Shown: positions 1 to 13,800 of the stretch, piece after piece
Layout: each line of letters opens with the position of its first letter
Numbering within the stretch: position 1 is the first letter of the stretch
NCBI RefSeq assembly: GCF_009914755.1
Contig: NC_060932.1
Source of the DNA: the human T2T-CHM13v2.0 reference genome, Homo sapiens
DNA: 64,000 nt
Strand: one strand, 5' to 3'
Made by a program: the position numbers and the translations under genes
The notes under the pieces: model-generated
Database searches by the model: none
The model's input: the letters and a program-made list of their open reading frames with translations, nothing else
Told to the model about the DNA's origin: nothing

Positions 1-792
1 GGTCCTTCAGGAGCACATACCGGGCCAATTAATTTCAGTCACATCCCAATTAATTTACCAGGCCAGTAAATTCTCCATGAGGATTTCCCACAACTGTTTT
101 AGAAGACTCCAATAATTCCTGTTCTTCGTACATCTTTCTTCATAATCCCACATATCTAACTCTAAGTACACCCTGGAAAATTACAGCATGATATTTATGT
201 ATCTGTCAAATGTGTCTCTCTAAACATCCCATACTGATACAAGTTTCTAGAGTTCTAAGTTCTTCTTAGAACTTGAGTTTCTAAATATTTTCTTGTTATC
301 TTCTTTCTCTTGCAAACTAGTACCCAGCTAGAGTACATGTGGCAGTTGTTCAATTATTGAGATAGACAAATTCACAGCACTTTTCTTAAGTAGAAAGTTG
401 GAGCAAGAGTGAGTGGGAACAGCTACTTCCAGGTCTGTGTGAAAATGGATAAATCCTTAATAATTAACTCATTGGAAGTTGTTAGAGCCTCCAGACATGT
501 CCTAGACCACATTCAAAAGCAAGGAACATTCTCTTCAACATTGGAGAGTGTTTTGTAGTTCAATAGAAGGCAAACATTGGGAATATTTAAAGCAATGTAA
601 AAAGTGCCCACAATAACAGAGTTTTTAACATTAACAACATTTTCTAAAGTCCTCTATAAATATTGCTACAAGCAAAGTCTCAACAACCGAGATCAAATCA
701 GCCCAATATACTAAGGCAAGCTCCCATTTATACTTTTGACTTACTCAAGTAGTAAGAATAGAGTTTAGAATGTAAATTCAAAGGATGAAAGA

Positions 793-793
<1 letters not shown>

Positions 794-828
<35 letters not shown>
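794..828. repeat. (CA)17 microsatellite; (UG)n in the ENPP2 pre-mRNA
   Basis: Direct read. Confidence 0.97.
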
Positions 829-830
<2 letters not shown>

Positions 831-1050
831 TGCACTGACAGACTGCAAAGAGACACCACAATGCTGAGACCCAGAACATAGAGATATATTGTCTCAGCAC
901 TGATGGTTTATGTAGCCCACAAAATCTTTGGAAACAGTGAGATTTCCAACTGATATTTCTTTCAGTGATGACTAAGGATGATAAAATATTTCCAGTTGCC
1001 AAAGGGGTGGTTGTGGAAATGAGAAACAGAAATAGCCCATATACCAGTTA

Positions 1051-1197
<147 letters not shown>

Positions 1198-1909
1198 TCA
1201 GACTTCAGATGGAATGTCTTTTGGAAAAATTCTTACAAATTCTCTCTCTAGAAAGCTGAAGGAGATTTTAAGCCTAACCAAAGGTTAATGAGTGAATAAA
1301 TGAAATTTATTTCTATTAAATAATGTATGCTGAAAACAAATAGATTCAAAAGAGATTAAGTAACCTTGGAGATGATATGACAGGCTATCTGAGGACAGTT
1401 AGGAATTTTAAGATGCATTCCTGGCTTGTGAGACCATCGCTAAGAGCAATTCACACTCCAAGGCCTTTCCCAACTCCTTCAAGTCAAGCAGTTGGGGGTG
1501 GGGTGTCGGTGGGAGGGGAGGAGCACATGGGTTTAGGCTTATCTGATTAGATGCTCTTGTACCACTAAGGTCGCTACCCAGCATCCGGGAACAATGGAGC
1601 AGAGTGGGTGGGCAGTTCTGGTTCAGGGAAAGTAAAGATTTGTTTAACCATGAATGAATACTTTTCAGTTCTAATGGAAGGATCAGATATTCTCCATTTG
1701 TATCATTGCCAAGACCATTAGGGAGCCTGCAGCTGACCACAGGCCAGAAGTTTTGAAAGTTCTTAAGGAAACAAATATACAGGATGGCAGGGCAGTGAGG
1801 AAAGTGTTCCTCCCACCCCTCCCCGCCGGGGGAGGCACACACAGGAGGGAGGCTGCTCCAGGGGCAGAGGCCTGGGCAGGGCAGAGGCGGGACAACTGGA
1901 AACACTTAC

Positions 1910-1941
1910 CGTGAGATTGGCAATAATGGCTTTGGGGTCAT
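1910..1941 (-). CDS. ENPP2: ENPP2 exon 15 (32-nt short exon, N-glycosylation sequon NLT)
   Basis: AACAG|AT GAC...CTC ACG|GTAAGT; YDPKAIIANLT. Confidence 0.97.
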
Positions 1942-3117
1942 CTGTTCAAAGAGAGGAGAAAGATTTCAAAAGAAATAACAACCATTACCAAGAGAAATCA
2001 TTTTTGCAGCAAGATACTCAATTCTTTCTCCTTCCATCCCACAGAAGACTATCACTTTAGTGTTTTGTTTGAAAGATAAATAATTGTGTAGGGGTATTTA
2101 ACATTTCAGTCATTGACATGCAGCTAAGCAAGTGGAACAAATCCTATAGTAAACTGCCCTCCTAGGTCCAGTTCTGCTCTTCTGGAGGGAATTCCTCCTT
2201 CCATAGCACCAGGATACTGCTAGGTAAATTGCTTCTTGTTTTAAGTTCCCCCTAATGGTTCCCCTTGAGACATAATTTATTTGCAGTTTGACCTCAGGAA
2301 CTAAACTGGGCATTTGGGGCTTTTAATGTAACTTCTTATTTATCTGCAGATTTTTGAAACAAGTCTTCACCCACTTTAAGTTGAAACTTCTAATCCATTG
2401 AGTTATTTTTTTAAAAGGGAGTTTGTTTCCCTATTTATATCCTGGGTGTAATTACACAGGTAGCCGCACCTCTCCAGCCATAGACACACACGTGCATGCA
2501 CCTCCTTTATTTTCAATAGCATCAAGTAAAAGATTTTAGTCAATACTCTGAACTAGCTAAAAGCAAAATTATGTAAATGATGGCTGTGCATAAACTGTGG
2601 ACAGGATTATATTATCTGAAGCTCCCCTTTTGGGCGGAATGTGGGGAGAAAGAGGAGATTGTAGGTTGCTTGGATTTTGTTTTGTTTTCAGGAAGTTTGC
2701 TTCAGTATGTTATTACAGAATCAGCAGAAAAGGAAAGTGGTGTTCAGAAGAGATAGCAACTATCATGAGGCAGCCCTCCCTGGCATCTAAATACCAGTGG
2801 AGCAGGCCTTATCTGTATCACGTGCTGCTGCATCCCTGGGCCTGTTCAGAGTAGACACTCAATATACATTTGTTAATAAATATTTGTTCATATTTGTTAA
2901 AAATGTATGAATAAACTTGCCTTGGGATATAAATATACAGACTCCAAAGTCTATTTTCAGAATCTTAGCTCTAAAGCTTGAAATCCGAAACTAAAATGTG
3001 TATTCCATTGGCCTTAATTACATCTCTTACTAGAAGGCAAATAAGTAATAATGTAATAATAATAGCCCGAATAGATTTCATACTATGTGCCTGTCTTTCT
3101 ATAAGAGCTCTGCAGGT

Positions 3118-3448
<331 letters not shown>

Positions 3449-3789
3449 TCACAATAACCCTAGGAGGTAAATGCTGTTCAAATCCTCACTAAGCCAATGG
3501 GTTTTCAGAAGGAGGAGGAGTTGGCACTCTGACACTCAAGCAACCTGATTGAGCAAGCCAGGCCTCATAAATCATATTCCTCAAAGGGACGAAATAAAGT
3601 AAGTTCATGGTCTTTGACAATGAAGAGAAGTAAATAGCATGTACTCAGATAAGTCCCAGAGAATTACTAGGAATATCCAATGCCTGAGTCCATACTGGGG
3701 ACATCAATCCTTCAATTCTGAAGAACTTAGTCTTTGCAGGCTAACAGTCCTCATTTTGTGTGAAGAAAGGGCAGTGGTTCAGCTAATCT

Positions 3790-5330
3790 GGCTTCAAATC
3801 TCAGATCTGAAACTTACTAACCATCATCCTCGAAGCTAGTTCCCTCACCCCTCTCTGAGCCTCAATTTCTACTGTCTATAAAAGGGATAGTGATACTTAT
3901 CACACAATGCTATTAAAAGGATTAAATAAGAGTGTATGTGTATGTGTGTGTGTCTCTATCTGAAATAGTGGTATGACTAAGACATCATCATCATATCCAA
4001 CCTTTATATAGCTTTGACTATGTGCTAAGCACTGATCTAAATTATGTAAACACAATCTCTTGTTTAATCTTCCTAACAATCCTTACCTTGCAGATGAGGA
4101 AGCAGAGGTACAGGGCGTCACATGGTGAGTACCGAGCAGAGCTGAGATATGAACCCAGACATCTGTGCCTGTCACCACCCCATGCTACTGTCTCCCACAA
4201 AATGAAACCACATTGGAAAGTGTTTTTGTAAAGTACAAAAATTTTTATCATTGATAGTTATGAATTCATGGGCCATGGGAAGGTTTTTTTTTCTCCTCCA
4301 AACCAACCTCCCCATTACATGTACTAATGTCAGAAATATTGTTAAAAATAGAGAAAATCTTTTTTGCATAGCCCTGAAGTGCAAATACTAAAATCGAGGG
4401 GTGCCATAGTGACTGCATCCAGTCTATGCGAGGGCAGAAAAGGGAGGACACAGGGACAGGAAAGGTCATGGAGGAGAGAGGGCAGAAACACCCACATTTT
4501 GTTTATTTCACAACATGGTCTGGAGCTGACCCTGGAACAGTTCCAGTTGTGTTGACTCAGGAACATAATTAGGGAAAAACTTAATTTTCCAAAGCTGTAA
4601 GGTTGGTGTCAATGGTTTCTTATTCCCAAGGCTAAAAACTCTAAAGAATTTTTTTTTCAAAGTGCGGCATAACCCCAATAAAACTATGGACTTCTCAAAA
4701 GCTAGGTAGACAGCACCTAAAAATCTTAGTCCACAAATTAAGTTTGTATCAGTGGTAGATCATAACCTGAACATGTAAAACATAAGTGACAAGATTATTC
4801 CTGTTTATTTTTATTTCTAATCTTTCAGGACAGCTGCCACTTCCCAAGGGCTTAATATCTTTTCCTACTAGGTTCTACCAATCACTTTTACAAAGAGAAT
4901 GGACTCCATTCCACAAGGCTCCTAGGAACCCCCACAGTCCAAATGTGGTTCTGCCAACCCTTACATAGACCCTCTAGTTTCATCTATAAAAATGATCAGC
5001 CTGAACTTCTTATTGAAAAAATTCTTATCTTATAAACTTCTGTTTATGGTCATGAATATGCTTCAAACTAAGTGCAATTTCCACATAATAAGAATAAGAG
5101 CAAATATTTATATAATGCTACTATGTGCCAGGAACCACTCTAAGCAATATGCATAGATTAATTTCTACAGGTAGCTGCTAGCATTTATCATCCCCATTTT
5201 TCAGATGAAAAAACTGAGGCTTAGAGTCTAAATGACTTATTTAAGGTCACTCAGCTAAGCGGTAGCAGAGCCAGAATTTTTACCCAAGTATTTCAGCTTT
5301 AGAAAACAAGCCCTTACCTATTCCTTTGTA
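3790..5330. mobile_element. Several MIR fragments (~3790-3930, ~3990-4170, ~5090-5330)
   Basis: MIR core CTCTGAGCCTCAATTTC and CCCCATTTTTCAGATGAAAAAACTGAGGCTTAGAG. Similar MIRs at ~6850-7070, 16720-16870, 18340-18560, 23490-23740, 41690-41890, 61400-61610, 62870-63040. Confidence 0.7.
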
Positions 5331-5370
5331 TTACCACTCTAACCACTTAATATTTTAAGAATCAACTTAC

Positions 5371-5496
5371 ATTTAGCATTGTTGCTAAATTTGGATCGAA
5401 TTCTTCCTAGAGTTCCAGGCACTAAAGTAATATCATCCACATTAGTTAGGTAATTACTCAAGAACTCAGTTCTATCACATGTGACATCTTCCATTC
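5371..5496 (-). CDS. ENPP2: ENPP2 exon 14
   Basis: CCATAG|GA ATG...AAA T|GTAAGT; [42 protein letters not shown]; 126 nt. Confidence 0.98.
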
Positions 5497-7090
5497 CTAT
5501 GGGGAGGGAGAAAAAGAATATTTTCAGGCAAGATTAAAACGAAAATCTTAACATAGACACGAAAGATAACATCCAGGCATCTCTTTAGTTAGTTTTTAGT
5601 AACTTAATGGGAAGAGCCCTGACTTTTGAGATTTTTGTATTTGACTTTAAATGGTTTAAGGCTTCTCTGTATAATCTTTTCTCTAGACTTTTACTTAGCC
5701 ATATCATCTTGCAAGCACTAGAAGGTTGAAAGTGCATTACCTCGATTACATTTTAAGTCACTCAGCCAGAATAGCAAGACAAAGGAAGTCACCATGATTT
5801 AAACAACAACAACAACAAACATAACTATTGACAGAGTCTTTATGAAAAAGATCTATTCTTTAAAAAAAAAAAAAAAAAAAAACCCTAGGTTGCATCAAAC
5901 TCTTCCCAGCTGGGGGTGGTATAAATGGAATATACAGTTCTGTGTCTCTTTTACAAAATGTCATTTTCCAACTCTCTAATATATCTCCTGTCTTGAGTAC
6001 ATAATCACCAGTCCTCACTGTCTCCACTGGTGGCCTTGGATGTTACTGACAAAACAATACTGGCAACAAGAGATGAGAAAGAAAAATGTCAGTTCCAATG
6101 ACCACCCAAACTGAAAAACAAAATAACACTGAAAACAAGTTGTAAACAATGTAATTAGTCAGAACTGAAAGCTAGCAACTAAAGCAAGAAGGTTCTAGGT
6201 AGGGAATTTTTTTAAACAACAAATATTTCTCCTCCACCCCAAGATTTGTTGTGTGTCCCCATCAAGGAAAATTCTTTTATTAAAATGCTTTTATTTAAAA
6301 CATTGTTGTAAACTCAAATCTTAGCATCATAGACTATGGAGGCTACTAGAGATCTTATTGAAATGTATGAGATGACCTGGAACGTTTTAATATATTGCTC
6401 AGTACAATTCAGTATGTACATATTCTCTAACAGGGAAAATAACCCTGTTGGAGAATACTCATATATTTATATCCTGTAAAGGATGCCCAAAGGTTTTAAA
6501 ATAAGGAAATACAACCCAGAGTACCCCAGATCTGGTAAAATTTAACTAATCACCTCCTAGGATCCCAGATCCAGAACCTTCCCTTGTTTAATACAAATTG
6601 GAATGAAATGCAAGAAAAAACACACAGCATAAGGATTATATATCTTGCACTTTAACAGTTAAACCCTTAGGAAGAAAAATAGAGCAATGAAGAGCTACTA
6701 TGTTTTAGTACAATGTTAGCGTGGGAAGGGAAAGTCCCCAAATACCTATTAATAGAGGGCTGAAAGTCTTTCCCATTTGTTATATTTCTAGGAAGTCCCT
6801 TATGCCACCCCAAATGTGAGCAATCTCCTTTACTTTTGAAGTCCATCAGGCACTATGCTAAGTGCTCCTCAAGCGTCATCAGCCTTCACTCTGCAGACTA
6901 ACTTTGTGGAGGGGTGTTAATGTTCTCACCTGACAGATGAGGAAACTGAGACTTGCCACAAAAGGTGTATAGTGTCAGATAGCTGTTAAATGACACAGTG
7001 CAATTTGAACTCCACTAAAATTCATTATGACTCCAAAGACCATGCCCTAAAACACTAAACCATACCATCTTTTAAGAGAGAGGTGCTGTA

Positions 7091-7376
<286 letters not shown>

Positions 7377-8594
7377 TGCTGTAGTTGTCCCAAACCAAAT
7401 GGATCTACTCATCTTGGAAGCCTACACACTGACAAGCCAAGGTTTTAACCTATCCATGACCTTTACAATGCCTCAGCACATATCATTGGGACCCTTCTAC
7501 TTAGATGTCTGGCTCCAGCATGTGAGCAAATGCTCTTGACACCTCTGGGCAACTTAAATTGAATCAGCTGTGACACATGCTCCAACTTCTCTGACCTGTG
7601 TGTAGCTCTCCACTAAGCCGAATGCATGGAGCATGACTTCGCAAAGGGTTATATCTAGCCCACTCAAGAGGAGAAAGCTAATCCCTTTGGCTTTTTTTTT
7701 TTTTTTTTTTTTTTTTTTTCTAATTTCTCATAGATCTTCTAGGACATTCTGGAAAGACCTTCAGGACCAGAGCTAGGGAGATTTGCCTACCATTCTTAAC
7801 AGAACTGCCAAAGAGTCAGCCAATTTTCATCCTCCGAACTCCACTAGAAGGGAGAAGCCCCAAATTCCAATGCTACTGTTTCAATCTAATAGTTCCGGAA
7901 TACAGGAGATACCCTTTAGAACTCAGTCTGCATGTCTCTGAGCCCCCACCCCCTGCACAGCTCTACAGTCATATAATGTTTATGATGCTCTTGATCTCCT
8001 CAAAGAATTGATCATAAATTTTTCTACTTCATAAAGTGGGATTTAGAAAAACTACTTCCTATAATGCTTCTTCCTCTCTTTAACAGTCATCTGAATTACA
8101 GCAGGGCCTTCCGGTTTGGACCTTGACTTCCCTCAGTGGATTCGGGGAAATGATTTGACTTACACGCCACTTCTTTGACAAGAATCCCATATCTCTGCTT
8201 CTTTATCATATTTAGATGTATTTTTTAACCATATAAACTCCATGGGCTCGTTTTGGGGATGTGGCTGGCAGGGATAGGAGATTATCACCTGATATGTCAC
8301 ATTCACAGAAGAAGCTATTAATGTCACAAGGAAACTGTCTGTGTTGCTTTAAAGAGAGACAGATTTTTGTAGAAAGGTCTTTCCTGCAAATAACAGAAAT
8401 ATATAAGAAGTCCCAGCTTTTGATCAAAATGAACCCAGGGATCTCTCAGGTCATCTCATACTTTTCAATCATGGCCTGATTTCTATCCCCATCTTAAAGA
8501 AAGCGGGGATGAGGTTAAGAATGGAGTCTTGGCTTCTAAGGGCAAGGATTCTTTTCCTCAATATGATCAGAAACATTATCCATCTATCCTATTA

Positions 8595-8726
<132 letters not shown>

Positions 8727-10712
8727 CTAGGAAAAAGAAGCAAGTTAGTCCCCACAGGGTTTTCTTTCTTTCCCTTTCAGTCTCTCATAGATCTTCTACC
8801 CCTAGAACATTTTGGAAAGAAAACTTCCGGCCCAGAGGCAGAGCTTTGTCTGGGGAGATTTGCCTGCCATTCTTAATGAAATCTGGTCTAAGCACGTTAT
8901 ATTTGTATTCTTTTGACAGAATTAAAACCTCTCCTCATCCAATCCCTTTAAAGATTCTTTGATATAAAAATGTCAAAAATATTGTTAATGAAAATTCTTT
9001 AAGAGAGAAAATCGACTTTCTAATATGTGACAGCATCCTTTAAATCCAAGAGTTTTGAGAGTAAACAGAAAGTCCCTAAGTGAAATCACATTAGATTTTG
9101 AACTATGGCAAGAAGATAGACGCTAAGTGAATTCAAAGCTGTTCTGAGGTTAAAATCACAACGTTGCACTGGATAATAAATTAGAATATCATTAATACAA
9201 TGAGATCCATCTTGTTCTAAGTAATTTAACTGTTGGCATCTGAAAGCAATAGATTCTTAACAGAAGAACCTATTCTAAGAAACAAGTTATTGCTTCTCAC
9301 TTTAGTTCTTTTAAAGCTGATTTTGAGTGAAACAAGAATCTATAAGAGTCCTAACTTAAAAAGAAGTGAACCATGAGTTTGTTCTAGAAGGTTTCTTCTT
9401 TAACAAAATATGAAAACTCAATTCTTTTCTGAAGACCATTTCCAAAGCCTAAAAAACATTACCCATATCTCATTTTCTTACTTCAAATGGAAGTTTCTAA
9501 CAGCATGAATGTCCTCACATACTAGAGGCTCTCCATCCCCCTTTCATCTTTAGCTGTGCAATGGAAAGATTTTTAAGAAACATCTGATCAGACAAAGAAT
9601 AGAAAGATACAGGGAGTATATTTAGATGAATTTTATAGCTTAGCTAACAATCACATAAATATACCCAAGATGATTAAGATAAGAACAGAAAGGATGTGAA
9701 TATCATTTTTACTCGGACACATAATATTATCTTCCACTAGCATCTTCTCAGATGAATCAAGACCTTTCCTCCTGTTATTTCATTGGGAAATCAGGTGTAA
9801 ACTTTTGTTTTTTTCTTCATGACGGGAGTCAGTATTTCAAGTCCTATCCCAAGGAGGAAGCCACAGTTGAAAGTTTCAGAAAGACATGTGCAGAATAATC
9901 GGAAGGGACTAACGGGTGTGGAACAAAGTGGTATTTGCTTCTGAGAAAATCATGCTCTGCTCCAAGATCTCTGTCTAGGTAAAGAAATACCAAATGAACA
10001 ATGTGTTTTGATCTTTGGCAATGACTTATTTTCCTTTACTCAGCAGGATGACTCAGGTAAAATCCAGAACCTACTTCTTAGGGATCAGTTCAGAGGATCA
10101 CAAATAAGATACTGCCTCAGAGGTATTCAAAGGTTTTAGGAAAAGCAACAACCGATAGGCTCTTCTGAACATACTGGGAAGAGTAGACATTACTTGTGGA
10201 AATTACATACAACTCTATCCGCCCATTATTTTCTCTTTCTTTCTGTCTTAGCTATTTCCTTCTCTATAACCTACACCTTTTCTGATCTCTGAAGGTACAG
10301 ACCCCTAATCTAAGCCAACTTCCTATTGAGTTCTAATCCACATTGTCTTTGAGAATACCTCCTTTTACCTTGCAGGGTTGTTCTCAAGAACCAGGGCCAC
10401 AAACCATGTGACTGATTCTGTGAATAAGTGCACTCTTAATAGTCACTCCAGCCTAAATGTTAATACTAGTTTTAGGGCAACTAACTCTTAAAAAAAGGAA
10501 AAGACTTCTTTTTTTCCTGTCATGTTGAGTTCAGGCAGTCTTCACATCAGTGTTAACCTCTGAAGTACCACATTCTTCTGGACTCAAAGCCAAGGTCAAT
10601 GCACCAGAGTTTTTCTAAAACTTGCTCAGCCGATTTTCCAACCAAGGCACTGAAGGCAACCTTCAACTCAGACCTGCCCGCCACAAAGCTTTGGAACAAT
10701 AGATAAACTTAC

Positions 10713-10868
10713 TTTGTCCTGACGAGTTTCCGCAGCATAATGATCCATCCTATGTATTTTTCTTCTTCTTTTCTTTGGAGGAGCAACTGGTCTTTCCTGT
10801 CTCCTCTTAGGGGCAACTTTCCTCTTAGGTCTCTTAGCCGGAGTAAAAGGTGAGCCATAACTACTCTC
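10713..10868 (-). CDS. ENPP2: ENPP2 alternative exon 12 (ATX-alpha 52-aa polybasic insert)
   Basis: GTACAG|GAG AGT...GAC AAA|GTAAGT; ESSYGSPFTPAKRPKRKVAPKRRQERPVAPPKKRRRKIHRMDHYAAETRQDK; 156 nt, phase 0-0. Confidence 0.96.
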
Positions 10869-13800
10869 CTGTACTGGCGGATAGAGATGTCTGGACTCAG
10901 AAGTCGTCTGTCCCTCTGAGTCAGATATAAAGCTTACACTTTCCCATCTGGGATCAGCAGAGTCTCAGAATAACTAAGGCTCCTTAAGTGAGAAAAAATT
11001 GGAATGAGGGATGGATGATTAGAGGAACTCTATGGAGAGAAGCCTCCTAAATTGATGTTGATACTGTTGTCACAGCTTCTTCGCTGAGAACAAGAATCCA
11101 ATTTAAGAAAATCTAGTCATGTGGGTTTCTTTTGGCTGATATTTATGGATGTATGGGAAGGTGGCATTAGACAAGCTCTGTATTCCATAACTCCTGCATT
11201 AGGGAGAGACTGGTCTTTGGTTATGAAAAGCTCTCCATTTATAAAGAACTAACTGAAAAGTAGGCTAAATACTAGCCACTTGGTCATTTCAAGAGGACAA
11301 TGAGGTTCATGTAAGTGATTCCAATTCAGAATCTGACAGTTATCTTTCTGTTCACGTCAGCAACTATGTCAAAGCAACTGTCACCTTCATTGGCAAGGAT
11401 CCAGTGAAAAATTTTAAAACCAAGGACGGAATGAAACATAAATAATAAGTAATCCTCCTTAATCATAAACGTACTCCCACAAATCAGGACTTTCAGCAGG
11501 AGAGAGAACTCACTGACAATTAAGGTTTTCAGTACAGAGGAACTCTAAGTTAAAGTCCTTTTAAAATTAGGTAAAATCTAAAAAGTCATCAAAAAGTCAT
11601 CTCTTTTTTGTCTTGGTATATACAGACCAAGAAAGAGTCTCCTTATGCTCTTGCTATCAGAAACCTGCTTTTAAGGGGCGTTGCATGCTATGGGTTTTGT
11701 TTTGAAAATCCAGAGAGCAGTGAAGTTGACACATAAACTGAAGATAACCTTTTGGGATTTCCAAATGCTGGAGGAAAAACAGGCCCCTGATTTGCTGATG
11801 GTGCAAAGGTGAATTAAAGCAGCAAGCCTTGCTGTCTACCTCACTGACTTCTCTCGGAGGGTGGGTGGGGGGAATGTCTTGAGAGCCATTCAGATGCAGG
11901 AAGGGGCGGGAGGAGGAACAATGTTAGTGTATCCAAGAAGGGGAACATCTGCCATGCGATTTCACTGTTTCCAGGGCAAGCCATGGCAAAGGCACTTCTG
12001 TTTCTGTCTCATCCTCTCTCTCCACCAAAGCAATCAAAAGACACAGCCCCAAAGACTTTGGTTTTGTTTGTTTGTTTTTTAATGCTCCTAGTTTTAGGCA
12101 AATCTCCATAAGAAAAGCAGCAAAAGGAAAAGAGGATTTTCCGTTTCATGGTCACTGAATACATTCTGCTAGCGCTCAAGTCGGCCCATCAAACTCTATG
12201 CCATTTGCAAGAGACCTCAACATTCCAAAGACTCCAAAGATGAGCCCTTCCAATTGCAGCAGGTTAGAGGAGCAGAAGAGTAGGGTTTAGTCAAACTGGG
12301 TTTTCATCCAGTGATTATATCGCATGTATTTCCTTCTTCAAATGTTAGAGGTACATGAAAGCTAAGTTTTCACTGACCAGCCATACTTTAGCCTGAATTT
12401 AGAAATTTTAGCCTGAGGTTATTAAGAGGATGGGAGGTAGAGGTGCAAATTTCCCTGCATTTCAGGATACTTTGCCATCTGAAGGTAGAGACTAGCCAGC
12501 CAAAGCTCTGCCTGTAGGCCCGGAAGAGCAGCCGAACAAGGGGTCACAGAAAAAGCATAGAAGGTCAAAAAGAAAAAGATTGCGCCAATAATCAAAAGCA
12601 AGCATATTTTTGAACATTCACCATTACACTCTGAAACCAGGAGCAATACACCATTTCTTGAACTATTAACTCAATGTTTGGTCATCTCATTTAATAGCTT
12701 TTGAGAATCATTCTGAAAAAATGTGGACTCAAATATTTAGCAAATAAAGCACAAATTTCAACTGAATTCATCTTATTGTAGCATATAGCATTTTGGTAGT
12801 TAAAATCATTTCAATGAAATTTCAAATATAGGTTATTTTCTTATATGTAAAAGATACGTTACTGATTTTAAAATAATCTTTCAACTAGTATGTTATAATC
12901 TTTTCATGTATAATAAGTGTAAATGATGATATATAGGTAGGCATATAGGATACACAGGTGTATAAACCAATTAGCCTACAATAGAAGAGAATTTTTGCTG
13001 ACTTGCTTTGGTTTCATGTTTTAAAAGCATAAACTATTTTGTTTTTCATTCAGTTAAAATAAGATTCCTAGAACCAGATGAGAAATAATTGAAATCTGAA
13101 AATATCCTTTGCCTTATGAGAAGAAAATGACCAGGTTATCAGATTACCATTACTGAAGATATACTCCAAGATACCCAATTAAGAGTTTATCCAGTAGGCA
13201 TATGAAAATACCCTAGCTGCAAGAAGTAGTAATACTGAAAAAAACATAACATGAATACTTTCAACTCTTAATTCAAAGGTACTATAGGAAAAATCTCTGT
13301 TTATATATTTGTGAGCAACCCTGGGCATAGAAAAATTATTATAGCAAATTAAAGCATCCTGTATGCCGCTTCATTTATTCCCTACTCAGTACTTTCAAAA
13401 AAACTTATTTGTTTCTTAATTCACACAAACATATACTTTCATGCATTTAATTGTAACTGAACTACACATATTAGAAACCCAAAGATGTTTATTGATTAAG
13501 AACATTTATCATTAAGCCATATAACTTTTAAGGTTTGAGTTATACCTCATCTGTATTATTAAAAGCCAAACTTTTGCCATAAAGAAAATGTTCTGTATAA
13601 TTTGAACATAGTTATTAACTGACCACTTTGCTTATCTCCTGGACTGCAGGAGGGTTAAATGGTTCCATGGAAGGGAGTGTGCTCTGGGAGTCAAAAGTTC
13701 TGTAGTGCTATCTTCAGGTTCTCCCCTTAGCAGCCAAGCGAAAGTACCGGAGTCCTACTTTTAAAAGGATGGCTATACCAATCCGTTTTGCCTACCCCAC

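Noticed and set aside
1408-1905. Longest ORF in the track (165 aa)
   Set aside because: It starts at a non-ATG codon inside the exon-15 donor, is intronic and GC-biased, and resembles no protein family I recognise.
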